Notes: a model not told the origin generated them from the letters alone. Positions 1-38,218 are shown, counted from the first letter of the stretch. The stretch is DNA of 64,000 bases from Octopus vulgaris (GCA_951406725.2 OX597824.1:67952001-68016000); one strand, 5' to 3'. Translations and numbers: made by a program.

Positions 1-1270
1 TTTTGCTGTCTCATTTGATTTGGGAATTAAAATGGTTTTCCCCTTCGTGAGCCACTCGGGCATTGTCTCTGGCTCTGCCAGTATTTTGTTAAAATTTTCA
101 GCCAGCTTTTTGTGCATTCTTGTAAGATATTTCAACCAGAAGTTGGGGATCTTGTCATGACCAGGTGCCTTCCAGTTGCTTAGTCTTTGCAGTGCCTGGG
201 TGACCTCTTCAGTTGTTATGGGGGTCCAAAGTTGCTCAGATGCTGAGTTTGTTGTTTTAATACTCCTTTTTTTTGGTTGTTCGTTCGCCGACCATATTTC
301 TCTCCAGAATTCTTCCACTTCTTCTGCCGTTGGTGCTGCAGTGATTTCTATTTTATTTTTGCCAAGTTCTTGGTAGAACATTTTGAGGCTGGAGTTGAAC
401 TGTTTGTTTTGTTCAAAGAAACGTTGGCGTTTCTCATACCGGCGGATCCTTTGTGCTTTGGCAAGGATATCTTGCTTTAGCTTTTCTTTTATCTCGGGTA
501 AATCTTTTTCTGTCATATTGTATTTGCGGAGTATTTTTGTTTTCTTTTTGTTGCTCAGTAGCGTTGCTTGTCTACTGATTTCATTAATAATCGCCAGATC
601 TTTTCTCATTTTTTGGTGGGGGGTGATATTTCTCCACAGGGTTTATTTGGGTGGTGGTACTGCTGTTTGGATGGGTTTGAGGGTGTATCCAGCTTCTTTT
701 GTGGCTCCAGTGGCTGCTGCATATACTAAGTCAAGGATATCGCTATTTGTTTCAGTAGCTATTAATTCTATGACAGCTAGGTTTATGCTGTTTATAGTTG
801 ATGTTTTTTTTATTTTGTCTATTTTGATTTTTGGGAGGTATGGTCGGTGGTCCATTTTGAGATCTGTGTTTTTCAGTTCTTTGATTATTCTACTTTTTAT
901 AGTATCATAATCATTAGGCTCCCCTTCGTTGTTTCCAGGTCTTACATTTGTGTCGCTTTCTTTCTCATTCGTATATTTATCTGTCGTGTTTTGGCTTGCT
1001 GCTTGTCGTGCATTGTTATGCATCCTTACGGTTTGGGTTTGTTGTTTTTTGTTTACATAGTTTTTGTTGGAAATGTTACGTTTGTCTTTGTGTTTGTCTC
1101 AGTGTTTATATTATTTGGCATTGTTGTGTGGCTTCTATCTACATTTTCCTGATGTATTTTTTCTTTTAAATGTTCTATTTCTATTTCTGATATTTTTTCG
1201 CATTGAGAATATATCTTCGTACGTTAGCTAGTTTATTAGGGTTCATTGCTGTATCCAAGGGTATTCATTG
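1..1270 (-). mobile_element. R4/Dong-type non-LTR retrotransposon fragment (N-terminal region to start of RT), degenerate
   Basis: The minus strand reads NWKAPGHDKIPNFWLKYLT...MPEWLTKGKTILIPK (RT domain 0/1). The frame is interrupted further upstream and runs off the window edge. Confidence 0.8.
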
Positions 1271-1620
1271 GTTAATTGTTTCGCTATTTCAGTCATGTTA
1301 GCAACAATAAATTAAGTTTGAATATATACATACAATTCTGTCTTCGTGCTGCTACTCTCTCCTTCAAAACTATCCAAATACGCACGTATATAATGGCAAT
1401 ATCCTGCGACCAGTTCGAAAGGCGGAAAGCAGAATCATTTGTTTCTGATCACGGGACATACACGCAAAACAATAAAGTTTAATTCTATCCGATAGTAATT
1501 CACTTTTGTTTCAATACTTGTCTATATTCACTCTTTGAAAAGAAACATGCACTATTTTCAATAATTTTCACATTTTCTATTTAATTTCCAAATTTTCTTT
1601 ATTGTTTTCTTTTCTCGCAG

Positions 1621-25157
<23,537 letters not shown>

Positions 25158-25616
25158 AAATATTTGAGAGGGTCTTAGACAGAAAGATTAAATTCATTAA
25201 AAATTTAAAACATGAAGTGTGTGTTGGGATGATGTTTTACAGTCCAACTCAACGCATTCCATTTCACTATAGTCTATTGTGAACCCCCCAAAATCAATCC
25301 CATAACCTGAAGTTGACACACCTAAATATACACACCAGATTACATAGTTCTATATGCATGAATACATTCTGAACAAAAAAATGTAATTAAACCCTAATTT
25401 TAATCAGTAGAATTGTTAATAACTCTTCAGCAGAACTTACCCTACAACATAAGTATCATTCAACAGAGCTCCACACACCCCGAAGTCACTATCAATATTA
25501 TTGACGTTGAAGATATCATATATATATATATGTGTGTGTGTGTATGTGTGTTTGTGTGTGTGTGTGTGTATTTGTGTGTGTGTGTTTGTGTGTGTTTGTG
25601 TGTGTGTGTGTGTGTT

Positions 25617-25652
<36 letters not shown>

Positions 25653-25680
25653 AAAAAAAGGAACAAGAATGTATTAAAAT

Positions 25681-25766
25681 CTCGGTACAATTGTTTCGTA
25701 CGAGGACATCTTTAATACGCTACAAAAAATGCAGTAAATACAGATGGCTCGTACTCGTCAGCCGAA
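25681..25766 (-). ncRNA. Type I hammerhead ribozyme with intact core
   Basis: Minus strand: TCGG-CTGACGA-GTACGAG...CTCGTAC-GAAA-CAATTG-TA-CCGA. Confidence 0.85.
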
Positions 25767-25794
25767 AAAACATCAGAGAATTCCTACTTTACCA

Positions 25795-25855
<61 letters not shown>

Positions 25856-28650
25856 CATCAGATTTTTGAGGATTATCACTTTGAAGAGCTCTTACACTTC
25901 TAACTTTTTTTTTACTTTACCTTTCAGATAATAAAGTCATGCACAATGTTAGCTCAGCAAATTAAAATCATGGTGTAATCGTTGCCTTAAAAGGGAAGTA
26001 TAGTGATGCAGAGATAGCTTGCTTCCTAAATGTGTACCCGATCCTATGTTGTCAAAATTAGAAAGAAGCTAGATGCTGTTGAGGAGATCCAACATCAGCA
26101 GAAATAACATTTAATGTTCCACATTTCAATCCTCTTGATTCTCAGAGTTTTTGAGGACATATGAAGTATACGCTATATTTTATCTCCTCACTATTTATGT
26201 TCAATTTTCTTCTCACGCTTTGCTTCATTTTCCGGCACATATTTTTAGCTCTTTTATTTTGGTTTTTGTTAGTTAAACCCAAAAGAATGACCAGTTACTA
26301 TGCCTAGTACTCTTATGATTATCTGGGTCACATATTATTCTTCCCTTATGTTGATATCCTATTATCGAAGGATCACATTTGGAACACGTTATTCCTGTTT
26401 AATGGTTTCCTCTCAAGATATTTCTTTGTGGATTTCTTGTACTACACCCATTATATATATACACAGACACACACAGATGCACACACACGTATGATATATA
26501 TATATGTATATATAAATTCTATCTGATGAAAACTTATATATAAACGGTATTTTATTATTCTTGAAAAAATTGTCTTTATTAATGGCGTTGAAACAGCTGT
26601 AATTTACAAGATGTGTCAGTTCTTTGTATAAAATAATAAAATTGAATTGAATTCATCATTTAATGATTAATTAATTTGATTGTACAATTTATTTTGGTTT
26701 CCATTTCTAATTTATATTTATATAAATTCTAAATTAAATAAGTGTTATTACCGTTATTAATACTAATTTTGGTTATAATAAAGTGGTTAGCAAATTTACA
26801 CTTTTACAGGTAAAATATGAACTAAATTCAAAATACAATAGGATTTTGAATTTAGTTCATATTTGAATACAAAATTCAAAATACAAAGCATACCAGTTGC
26901 TATAAACAGAGCCATCGCTCCGAAACAACAAATTAGGAGTTGCTGTGTGGTAAGTAGCTTGCTTACCGACCACATAGTTCCGGGTTCAGTCCCACTGCGT
27001 GACACCTTGGGCAAGTACCTTCTACTATAGCCTCGGGCCGACCAAAGCCTTGTATGTGTGTGTATATGTTTGTGTGTGTGTTTTTGTCGTCCCAATATTG
27101 CTTGACAACCGATGCTGATGTGTTTACGTCCCCGTAAGCTAGCGGTTCGGCAAAATAGATCGAAAGAATAAGTACTAAGCTTACAAAGATTTACTCGACT
27201 AAAGGCAGTGCTCCTGCATGGCCACAATCAAATGACTGAAACAAGTAAAAGAGTAATTAAAATACACTAGGCCAATGCAATAAACATAACAGAAACAGGC
27301 GGCTTACCTTGCGTGGACTACAGAAGTAAGTAATGCGCATATCTCAGGAACAATTGATTTCGCTTTCTGTATGAAAAATCGTACTTAACCTCATCAGGCA
27401 AACTTAACGGTACAACATCTATTTATGAAATATTCATTACATTACAGCGTATGCGTTCTTACATTTGAATGCCTCCGCGATATTTAAGACGAACTTATCG
27501 ATCGTGAGCCAGTTTTATTTAAAATTACATAAGTATTATTACCGCTATTAATAATAATTTTGATAATAATAAAGTGGCTAGCAAGTTTACGCCTTTGTTG
27601 CATGGGGCGTGTGTATTTTAATTGTGAATAATTTGTGATTTTGAAGCGATGGCCCTGTTCATAGCAACTGGTATGCTACCTTTCACTATTTAAAATCTGT
27701 TGTTGGTCACATTGGAAAAGTTTTGACTGAGCAAACAGTAGTTAATTCATTCTGCAAAGCATATGCGTCAAGTGATAGAAAAAGAACAAAATATTAACAA
27801 GAGCAATCAGAGAACGCAAACCTCCGCCAAGGCGACACCAACGTCCTCTCAACAATTAAGCCAGAGATGAGTTTTAAAATGAAAATATCTCAAATAAACT
27901 CGACATCAAACGAGAATACTAACAATGAACCCGACCCCTCTCAAAAATTAAGCAAATTGATAAGAAAAATAATCCAGAATCTTTGTCCGGTACCGAATCG
28001 ATCCCATAATCTAATCAGTTCGTGCCAGTCACGAAGCCAAACTTCCCTGAAGGTTTTATCCGAATCCATCCAGCAGTTCTTGAGATATATTGTCCAAGAA
28101 CAATAATATTTTTCATCGTATTCCTCTATTGTGAACCCCCCATTGTGAGGGTCATTACATCAATGATAAACACACACACACTGGTTCATTTTCATTTCCT
28201 TCTTACTTGTCAGCAGGTTAGTAATTTAACCAACTAATCGAATTCTTGTTTAATTAATCGGTAAATCACTCAATAAATCAATCAGTTGTTTGTCTTTCTT
28301 TTCCCCACTATCGTTGGCTTTTCTCAATAAATAGCATTTTTCTCAATTTTTTTTTATTAAATAGTCAACATGGAAAGAAAAAGGCTGAAAATTTGCATTT
28401 CTCCATCACAGCCTCATTCTCATAAACTGATCTGTTTACACTACATACATCCATTCACCATTAAATGAGCAAAACCGGAAAATTCATAAGATTAAATTTA
28501 ATATGATTGTGCTTCCTGTTTGTGGGATGGACTGAAATTGTGGTATGTTATTTCGACTTTAGCACATCATTATGTTTTAATGACTTACTAATTCGAAAAT
28601 TTCTTGCCAATAACGAAGGAAATTGTTTAGGAAATATATTGCATTTTGAA

Positions 28651-29405
28651 TACGAGGTGAATTCCAGAGGATTTGAAAACTTTTAGGAGAGGTAGAAATA
28701 AATATCCTAGATTGTTGCGATTTTAAAATGTCAGTAGGATACATCAAATAAGCTGACCTGCCAAATCCTGTTATTCCACATTGAAGGATACGACTGTGAA
28801 AGCACTCCCAACACATGCAGATAAATGTTGCTTGTCACAGCCGAGTAGTTTTCTGAATGGAGTCGGGACAATTTGGAAGATTGTAATGCAATTAAATTTT
28901 ATGTCAAACTAAGCAAAAACGCTGAGGAAGCTTATGAAATGTTCCAGACTGCATGAGCTAAGCGTCTGCTTTTCACTGGCACAATAGACCAGGGAAAGCA
29001 AGCACCCCGGGAGGCTCGTGGTGATCCCCTTTTTCGCCAACAATAGCATCATCGATATCCACTGGAATCTCTCTGGTCAGACAGAGGGAGTTCAAGAAGA
29101 GATTTCATCGCTAAGGGCCAGAGCACCAGCCTAAAATTCTGTCCTAGTAACCAAATACAAAGATGGGTATGAACACTGGTCCCCATCCAGCTTGCAGTTC
29201 AAATTTTGTACCCTGACACTTTTGGTTGTTACCCAAGCTGAATGAGAAAATAAAGGTAGCTGTGACAAAGGTTCTGGATGGTTTCACTTTGGATGACGTC
29301 TATGGGACCTCTACAAGTACAGAAGTCGGAAGATACTTTAAATTTAATAGTGTTCACTTCCGGATTCTCTCACTCTATGAAAGTTTCTAGATCGAATAAC
29401 ACGTG
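28651..29405 (+). mobile_element. Highly degenerate mariner-like relic
   Basis: Begins TACGAGG and contains AIKFYVKLSKNAEEAYEMFQTA, resembling a mariner N-terminal HTH. Confidence 0.55.
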
Positions 29406-29525
29406 TCTCGAGATGTGCTGAAGATTTTCTATTTTGGATATATTTGGGGTACTTAGGTCTGCTCAGGACTTAGTGCTTGCTTTTTCTGTGTATATGAGTA
29501 AGTATTCGATTTATGTCTTACGTAT

Positions 29526-29586
29526 TAATCGCTGACGAGGGAAAAATTCTTATGAATTAACCCCGAAATTGGAACCAATACGGTTA
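29526..29586 (+). ncRNA. Type I hammerhead ribozyme with intact core and true stem III hairpin
   Basis: TAATCG-CTGACGA-GGG..AATTC(TTAT)GAATT..CCC-GAAA-TTGG(AA)CCAA-TA-CGGTTA. Confidence 0.82.
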
Positions 29587-29713
29587 TAACGAATTTTTTT
29601 AGAAATTTCTATCGGCATGTTTCGAGACGCATAAATTATGATGGTTGTTGACAATTTTGTCCTTTTTCGGCATATTTCGCATTAGAATTTTTCTCTTGCC
29701 CTTATTTTATAAG

Positions 29714-29801
<88 letters not shown>

Positions 29802-30859
29802 CATACATAAATACGTGCGTACATACATACATACATACATATATATATTTATATACATATATGCATTTTCGTTGATTTTTCATATTTTACCCTTACATTT
29901 CCACGTGTATTTTATATTTTCTTTTATAACATATTTCTACTATATATATATATACATATATTATTTCGGTGCGAGTGATTTTTCATACGGCACCGTTTTT
30001 ACAATCCTGCAAATAATAATAATGGTATTTTTATACAAGCTTAAATCTTATGGCGATCACCGTGCACTGACTAAGGAAAATGGTCTAATAAAGGGGCACA
30101 TAAGCCCTCAACAAAAAATTCCAATCCGCGTGGATAATTTAATCTTGAAAGGGAAGAAACTCTTACCTTTCAATAAGACACAATGATTGACAATGAAAAA
30201 ATACGAATTTTTTTTACAACAAGATGTTTCTATTTTTGCTTTTGCTAAACAGTATTTTAATCATTTACAAATCTTTTTAAGTGAATGTGATTTCAAAAAT
30301 GTAAGTTGTTTGTACAGTAAGTATTCATATTTTAGCTTTCTTTAAACAGACAATATTTCAATGTTTTTAAAAATTATTTTCAAGTGAATGCTATTACAAG
30401 ACTTTTTGGCATATTCAAGAAATATTTTAAAGTGAAAATGACTTCAAAAATACCGTAAATATTTCGTAAAAGACCCGTTCGTAACCTCAGTGTGAAATAT
30501 TATTTCTCATTAGTTTTTTTTTCAGGTGCATTCAACGTATCTCGCCTCCAAATATCTGGCTGTTACTTTTTGCTCACCCAGCTACCATGTAACAGCTATT
30601 TGCAATAAAGGACCCGAAATACCGGTTACGTGGCAGCAGGGCGTGAAAGAAATAGCAGTTAAATATTTTCTTTTCTGTGGAAAGGGGCCGTTTACGCGTG
30701 ATTTCGATGTCACGTTCGTTGAATGCATGCGAAATAATCTGGAAAAGAAAAGAAACCCCATGAAAGAAAATTCCGTTGCTGTCTATCGCTATACAAATCC
30801 ATCATTTTTTGCTAAAATGTCTTATTGACGAGTTTCGTTTTTTTCACTTTCACTAAATT

Positions 30860-32027
30860 TTGCCATTTTACCTATTGCATATTTATGCCGGCAGCGAAGA
30901 ATTCTGGAGAGCAAGAGGTGATGAAATCACGAAAGGCTGTTTTTGCATCTTCAGATTTGAAGTTTTTTCCTTGCAAAAAGTTGTCTAATACCTGGAAAAT
31001 ATGATGGTCAGTTGGTGTAAGGTTTGGTGAATATGGTGGATGACAGAGTACTTCCAAGTTCAGTTCCTGTAACTTGAGTTGCGTTCTTTGTGCAACATGT
31101 GTTCGAGCATTGTCATACAAGAGAATTGGCCTGTCTCTATTGACCAATCTCGGTTGTTTAATTTCAAGTTCACTCATAATTTCATCCAATTGGTTGATGT
31201 ATACATCAGCTGAAATTAAGTTACCAGGTCTCATGAAGCTGTAGTAGATGACACCTGCACTGGACCACCAAACAGACTCCATTAGCTTTTTTTGGTGAAT
31301 ATTGTTTTTTGGATTGTGTTTTGGCATTTCGCTTCTATCCAACCACCATGCAGAACGCTTGCTATTGTTGAAGTGAATTCAGTTTTCATCACACGTCAGA
31401 GTACGATGCAAAAATGGCTCACTTTTATGCCGAGACAGCAAAGAACAGCAAGTTTCAAGATGACATGTCATTTGATGTTTGTTCAGTTCATGTTGTGCCA
31501 ACTTGTCCAGCTTCTTTACTCTACTGATTTGTTTTAGATGGTCCAATACAGTTGGAATTTAAACATCAAACCTTGCTGCTAACTCACGCGTAGTTTGAGA
31601 TGTATCTGCTTCTACTACAGTTTCCAGCAGATCATTATACATTTTGGTCTCAGGTCAACCACGGAGCTGATTTTCAAGAGTAAAGTCAGCAGACCGGAAC
31701 TTCTTGATACATCAACATACAGAGCGCTCATTCGCGTTATCTTTACCAAACATCTAATTGATGTTTCGAGCTGTCTGGGATGCATTGGTCCCACGACAGA
31801 ACTCGTATTCATAAACAACACGAACTTTTGATCTATCCATGGGTTAACAAAAATTGATTTAGAAGAGAAAAGTCACAATATAATTAGATACCTTAAATTA
31901 CATTTCGAAAAGTGATGATGTAACTCTTCAATGTTGTAAAACCAAAAAGTGTCATGATAAAACTTTAGAGTTAGCGGCTGTCAAACATGGTCTATAAGAA
32001 AATCGGACATTTAATTCTTAATGACCT
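30860..32027 (-). mobile_element. Mariner (DD34D) transposon relic
   Basis: Reads LLYDNARTH, HPPYSPNLTPTDHHIF and an upstream HTH; frameshifted. Confidence 0.88.
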
Positions 32028-32059
32028 GAGACAAGGCCTGATTTAGTAGTAGTTGATAG

Positions 32060-32406
32060 AGAGAATAGAAAGTTCCATATAATGGACTTTACAATATTAG
32101 AGGAATAGAGAAATATCAAAGTACTAGGACCTAGCCATTGACTTACAGAGACAATGGAAAGTGCGAGTAAAATGTATACCTGTAGCTATGTGTGCACTAG
32201 GAACTATTCCAAAAGATTTGAATAGAGGGATAGAAGAAATAGGCATAAAACCCAATTTAGTACAGCTCCAGAAAATAGGGTTATTAGGGGCAGCTAGGAT
32301 ACATAGGTGAGTTTTTGGCATCTAAGGTTACTTGTTGTAGCCTGATGTTAGAAATTTTTCTTTTATAACAGTCTAACCTGTTGAGTGTATATGGAATAAT
32401 AATAAT
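32060..32406 (+). mobile_element. 3' end of an R4/Dong-type element ending in (AAT)n
   Basis: Reads DLAIDLQRQWKVRVKCIPVAMCALGTIPK...LQKIGLLGAARI. Confidence 0.65.
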
Positions 32407-35400
32407 CCTTTCTGCTATAGGCATAAAGCCCACATTTTGTGGGAGGGGTAAGTCGAATACATCGATATCAGTACTCAACTAGTACTTATTTTATCGACCC
32501 CGAAAAAATAAAAGGCAAACTGATTCTCAGCAGAATTTGTACTCAGAACGTAAGAAATTAAGAAGCATTTCTTCCATCTTTCTACGTTCTAATTTAAAAT
32601 CCAACTGAGGTCTACTTTGACTATCATCTTTCAGTTACGTATTGAAGATAATATAATCGACTGGCCTCTTCCTCCTTCTCAAAATTGCTGGCATTGTGCC
32701 AAAACTAGAAAAAAGAAGGTGGCGAGCTAGCAGAATTGTTAGCATCAGAGACAGAGACATATTGGTTTCAAATTTTGGCACCAGGCCAGAAATTTCGTGA
32801 AAAAGGGGTAAGACATTTACATCGACCTCTGTGTTCAACTTATTTTATCGATTTATTTTATCTCTACTTATTTTATCCAACATATTTTATCGACCCTGAA
32901 AACATGAAAGGCAAAGTCGACCTCGGCGGAATTTGAACTAATGACATAAAGACCGACGAAATGCCGCTAAGCATTTTTCCCGGCGTTCAAACGATTCTAT
33001 CAGCTTGTCGCTTTACAGAACCGAACAAATATCAAATTCATTTCACTAGACACATAGCTCCAAAATTTCATATGAGTCACGGTTGTTTAAATTTTGAATT
33101 ATATATATTGTCAACTTTTGAAAGGATAAAAGACGAACTGATAATGTCTACAGAGATCGACACGAAATTTTGGAAGGTTCAATAAGGCTGAACTTAAAGT
33201 AAAAAATATTTTACTTACTGTTACCCTTCAGCATAGTATTTCGTATAAGTTCACGAGTATTTAAAAATATGCACACGATCAGCGTCATCGTATGTCCGAT
33301 ATCAATCCACACTCGCAAAAATATACTGCTGAGTATAATTCATACCTTTCTTTTATACCCACGTGTGGGTAAATTTTTCGTAAATTTTAATATTTTAATA
33401 TTTCTCTTATATTTTAATATTTTTCGTAAATTGTAATATTTATCAAGTATTCATATATATATTATATATTATATATTGTGTGGTATACTATTTATTTATT
33501 ACTATGATTTTATTTCCTCTGACTTCAATGTGAGTACTTAATATAGTGAAGAGTAACATCATATTTATAGACTTGGCATCTAGATTTCGTTTCAATAATT
33601 TCACTGATTGTCAAATGTTATATATTTTGTGGTATATTATATTATATATTATATGTTATATCACCGTGACCACCGTGACCAACCAGACTATCAAATGTTG
33701 CTACACATCGCTGGTCACAATGCGCTTCGGATTGTTTTAGCCTTCAAATGACGCCAACGCGCTGGCTAAGCGAGCAGACCAACAGAAGGAAGAGTGAGAG
33801 AGAGTTGTGGCAAAAGAGTACAGCAGGGATCGCCACCCCACATCCTGCCGGAGTCGGCGTGGAGCTTTAGGTGTTTTCGCTTAATAAACACTCACAACGC
33901 CCGGTCTGGGAATCGAAACCGCGATCCTACAACCGCGAGTCCACTGCCCTAACCACTGGGCCATTGCGCCTCCACATATGTTATATATTGTATATCATAT
34001 CTCATAAGCAGATATTTATTTTAATAGCTCATTTATGGCAATATTGAAATGTTGAAATGCATGAGGAGTAATTGGTATAAGCTAATGGGTCTTCGTATAT
34101 TTTAATATTTACATGTTTTGCACGGTTACCTCCCGTTAGCTATATTTCGCAAAAATGAAAATTTTTCAATTAGATAATTATTTTTTCAATAAGAAATTTA
34201 TCGTAGATGTGTATTCATAACATGATAACAGATTCTTCACCGTACGTAATGTGTGCTGAAATGTGTGCCGCCCAGGCGGTCCTTCCATTTGGCCCCCTCG
34301 GGCCGTACATAAAACACATACTGCCTGCAGCAGACCCATAGGTGGCACCCTTTTAAAAAGCCGCCCGGGGCGGACCACCCCTGCCGCCCAACCTAGCTGC
34401 GCTAGTGGGCACACACACGCACGTATGTATATATATGAAGTTAAAAATATGATTGGTCGTAGAGTGACCAATGGTTTTGCATCCATACAGCGTTTAACTT
34501 TATATACGACTCGTCAAACTCCAATGACCGTGGGTATTTAACTTCTCTTCAGCTTGGAAGTAGAGAACCGTTACGGTCAGTTAATTTGTAAATAAAAGAA
34601 AATATACACCGCCTAGGCCTTATACGGGACGAGTTATCACCCCTAGTCCGGTCCAGGCAGCAAATCTTATGGACCTAAAGTGTGAACGGGAATTTTTCTC
34701 CCTTAGGTTGGTTCCGGCCTGCAAATACATTTTACATCCCTAATCGACGAACGAGAAATCCCACGCTTGTTGCAGGTAGCGTTTGAAATGGGGGCATGGG
34801 TATAGATCTCGTGTCTTGGATTCAAGAGAGATTCCGGGTCCAGCGAGCCTTTAAGGATCCTTGCCTACTCTACAATGCAAAGTTTACATCGTCCGCAGCA
34901 GTTTATATAGGGCCCCAGCAGCTCTATTCTTCTCCATTTAATTTCGTATGAAATTCCTTCATCCTTAAGATGTTACATTTGTTTTTATCCTATTTTCGTC
35001 CCATAAACTTTTATAAATATATGTTTCCAATGCCTTTGATGTTTTAGCAACGTTTCAACGATCAATATTAGCTAAATTTTAACGATCGATATCTAATCAC
35101 ATTAACTCCGCGTCCTAGTAAGTTGTTGTTTACATTTGAAAATTTCAAAACACAGTTCTCAAATTAGTTATTTCGTAATTCAAGAGCGGAAAATGTACTT
35201 ACTTTTTCCTGGAGATACCCGGCAATATATGGTTTCTTACATCTATAATCGTTTGAATGTTGATTCGAACATACTGTCTGATTGAAACATGTGTAAATTT
35301 TTTTCGGATATATTTTGGTTGTTTTGTTGATCCAGTTTCTTTTATCCTTATCCTTATCGGATTCACTTTTATTTTGCATTACTTTTTCATTGTGGTACAA

Positions 35401-35699
35401 ATAAAATGAACCAAGTATCTATTATATTTTTTCTTCTTCATTTTCTTTTATTATAATTATAATTCATTAGACTGTTTATACACATATATTGAGGTACTTT
35501 CTTTCAATATATCTGATAAAGCCAGTTGGCATTTGAATTGTTATTAACAATCTCTTACGAGGAAATTACATCCTCAAAATTTTGAATGATAATTACAAGC
35601 ATCTCTATACACGTATTTATACTGCTGTATAGATGTATGAATGTGAACAGTATTCATATATATATGAATATATAAAAAATATTTAACAGAATGAGATAA

Positions 35700-36330
35700 A
35701 AATCCAAGGCTGTGAAGGATTTCAGAACATTTATAAATAGAAGGGCTTACTCTGAAATTGCAGGAATTTATATTCTGTACAAGTTCATTAATGAATTTCC
35801 AGAAATAGCCGAAGGGTTATATAGAGACGATGCTTTATTTATAATTAAAATTACCAGTAACAGAAAATTAGAAAATTACAAGAAGAAATTTCACAAATTC
35901 TTTAATACATTTGGCCTGACAATTTCTGTAGAAAATGAGCATAATTCTGTACATTTATTAGATGTCAACATTAATCTACTCACAGGCAACCGTGCACTAT
36001 ATCACAAATCTAATTCAAAGTTAACTTATATTAATTAGGATAGTAATCATCCCCAAACAATAACTAAATGTTTAGTTTAAAATATTCAACACAGAATTAC
36101 CTCTCATTTAACAGAAATCTTTAATATTAATAAGGACTATCATAACTCAGCATTAGCTAAGGCAGCGTATACACATAAAATTAAATTTCAAAATAATGCT
36201 AACTCTCAAACAGCCAGCAAGATAAATGATAAATTGCCTACAGATGAAAAGGAACCTATACTTTGAATTAATAAGCATAACAATACAATTGCATTAGATT
36301 TGTGGTAAAATGTTCCTTTTGACCTCTCTC
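35700..36330 (+). mobile_element. Degenerate Penelope-like RT fragment (different family from 19830-22195)
   Basis: Reads GLYRDDAL, HLLDVNINL and YHKSNSKLTYIN*DSNHP. Confidence 0.7.
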
Positions 36331-36761
36331 TTCATTTTAACATACACATCTCTTCTTCCCTCTCTATGCACTTAATACTACCACTACATTCTCAAATTTT
36401 CGTTCACACCAAAAGACCTCTTTGAATGAACAACATATGGAATCTACGTCTCCACACTTTCCATTTGTGATGATAAAATACGAATTTCTACTGGAATTTA
36501 CATACCACGGACAGGAAGCATTTTTACCACTTTCCTTAGATAATAGAACTGCAATTATAACATCTTTATACATTTTATTTCTATATTCATTCTTCTATTT
36601 CTCTATATACTCCATATTTACTTCCTTTCCCAAAATAACTTCTCATATTGAGCTCTAATGTTTTCCTCTATTTAACCATCTCACATCGCCTCTGATTATA
36701 AATGTCCTGAAATTCTACACAGCTTTGGTTTTGTTGTCTTATTTTTAACACACACACACAA

Positions 36762-36848
<87 letters not shown>

Positions 36849-36856
36849 AGTAGTTT

Positions 36857-37087
36857 TAGAGACAGAACCACCTTCAACTCAATCAACAATGAAAGGTTTT
36901 ATAACCGACCACTCCATAAAATGTTAAAAATTAAATCTTATACTAACTATATCTATTATTCTGAATCCTGTATTTTCCGGATTCAGAATAGATATAGTTA
37001 GTATAAGATTTAATTTTTAACATTTTATGGAGTGGTCGGTTATACAACCTTTCAGTGCTGATTGAGTTGAAGGTGGTTCTGTCTCTA
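36857..37087. repeat. Near-perfect foldback with ~110-bp arms
   Basis: tagagacagaaccaccttcaactcaatc... pairs with ...gattgagttgaaggtggttctgtctcta. Confidence 0.9.
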
Positions 37088-37327
37088 CAATTACTTTTAT
37101 ATATACGAATTAAACATTGAGAGACGTTCATTTAAGTACATCTAATTTGAATGTCTTTTTCCTGTGTACTATATATATATATATATATTATAATTATCAG
37201 TAATAATCCCTAATAATTATAATATATATATATATATTATAATTATTAGGGAATATTACTTCCAAGTACTCAGGAAAAAGACGTTAAAATTAGATGTACT
37301 TAAATGAACACCTCCCAATGTTTAATT

Positions 37328-37362
<35 letters not shown>

Positions 37363-37944
37363 TAAATTAGAGATAAAACCACTATCAGGAAAATCAAACA
37401 GTGAAAACCATAAACCAAAGCATAAAAATAAATATAATCAATATAATATACAAAAAGTATAAAATTTAAAATTCAAATTATTAATTTTAAAATTTTGCAT
37501 ATTTATAAATTTTTATAAAGTTTTATATTTTTTTATATATTTTAAAATTTAAAATTTATAAATTCTTAAACTTTTAAACTTTTTTTTCTTATACTATCAA
37601 AAAGTATTAAAAAAGTTTAATATAAAATAATAAGTAAAACCACTACGTACGTTTCATGGCCGTAACCCAATTCGAATTACAATTAATTTAAATTCAATTA
37701 AAAATTCGAATTATAATTATAGTCAATCTTCAGGTTAATGATAATAGTTAAATAAATGAGCAAATATATTTAAACAATATTTTTTAAAAAATAAATAAAA
37801 TAATAATTTTTCTAATAAAAAACTCTATTATCAAATTAGAAACTTCAACCATTAGGATTATGTCATACAACCCACTTATTATGTTAAATATTAATTTTTA
37901 AAGTAAAAAAAATAGATAGAAAAATGTATTTATCTATTAAGATA

Positions 37945-38150
37945 TAATATGGCTTTTTAAAAAAACATAATAAACTCACGAATATCCTAATCTCAGTTAT
38001 AGTCAATATCTAATTATCAAATTATTTAACATAATAAGCACTATTCATATTTTTAAATTTAAGTTCAAATCTAATAATTATAAAATATTTAAGAATAATA
38101 ACTAAATTATTATCAATAAACATAATAATTAAGAACTAAAATTTACTCTA

Positions 38151-38218
<68 letters not shown>

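Noticed and set aside
34260-34920. GC-richer island with short inverted repeats; possible ribozyme or regulatory element
   Set aside because: No recognisable fold, ORF or termini could be established by eye.
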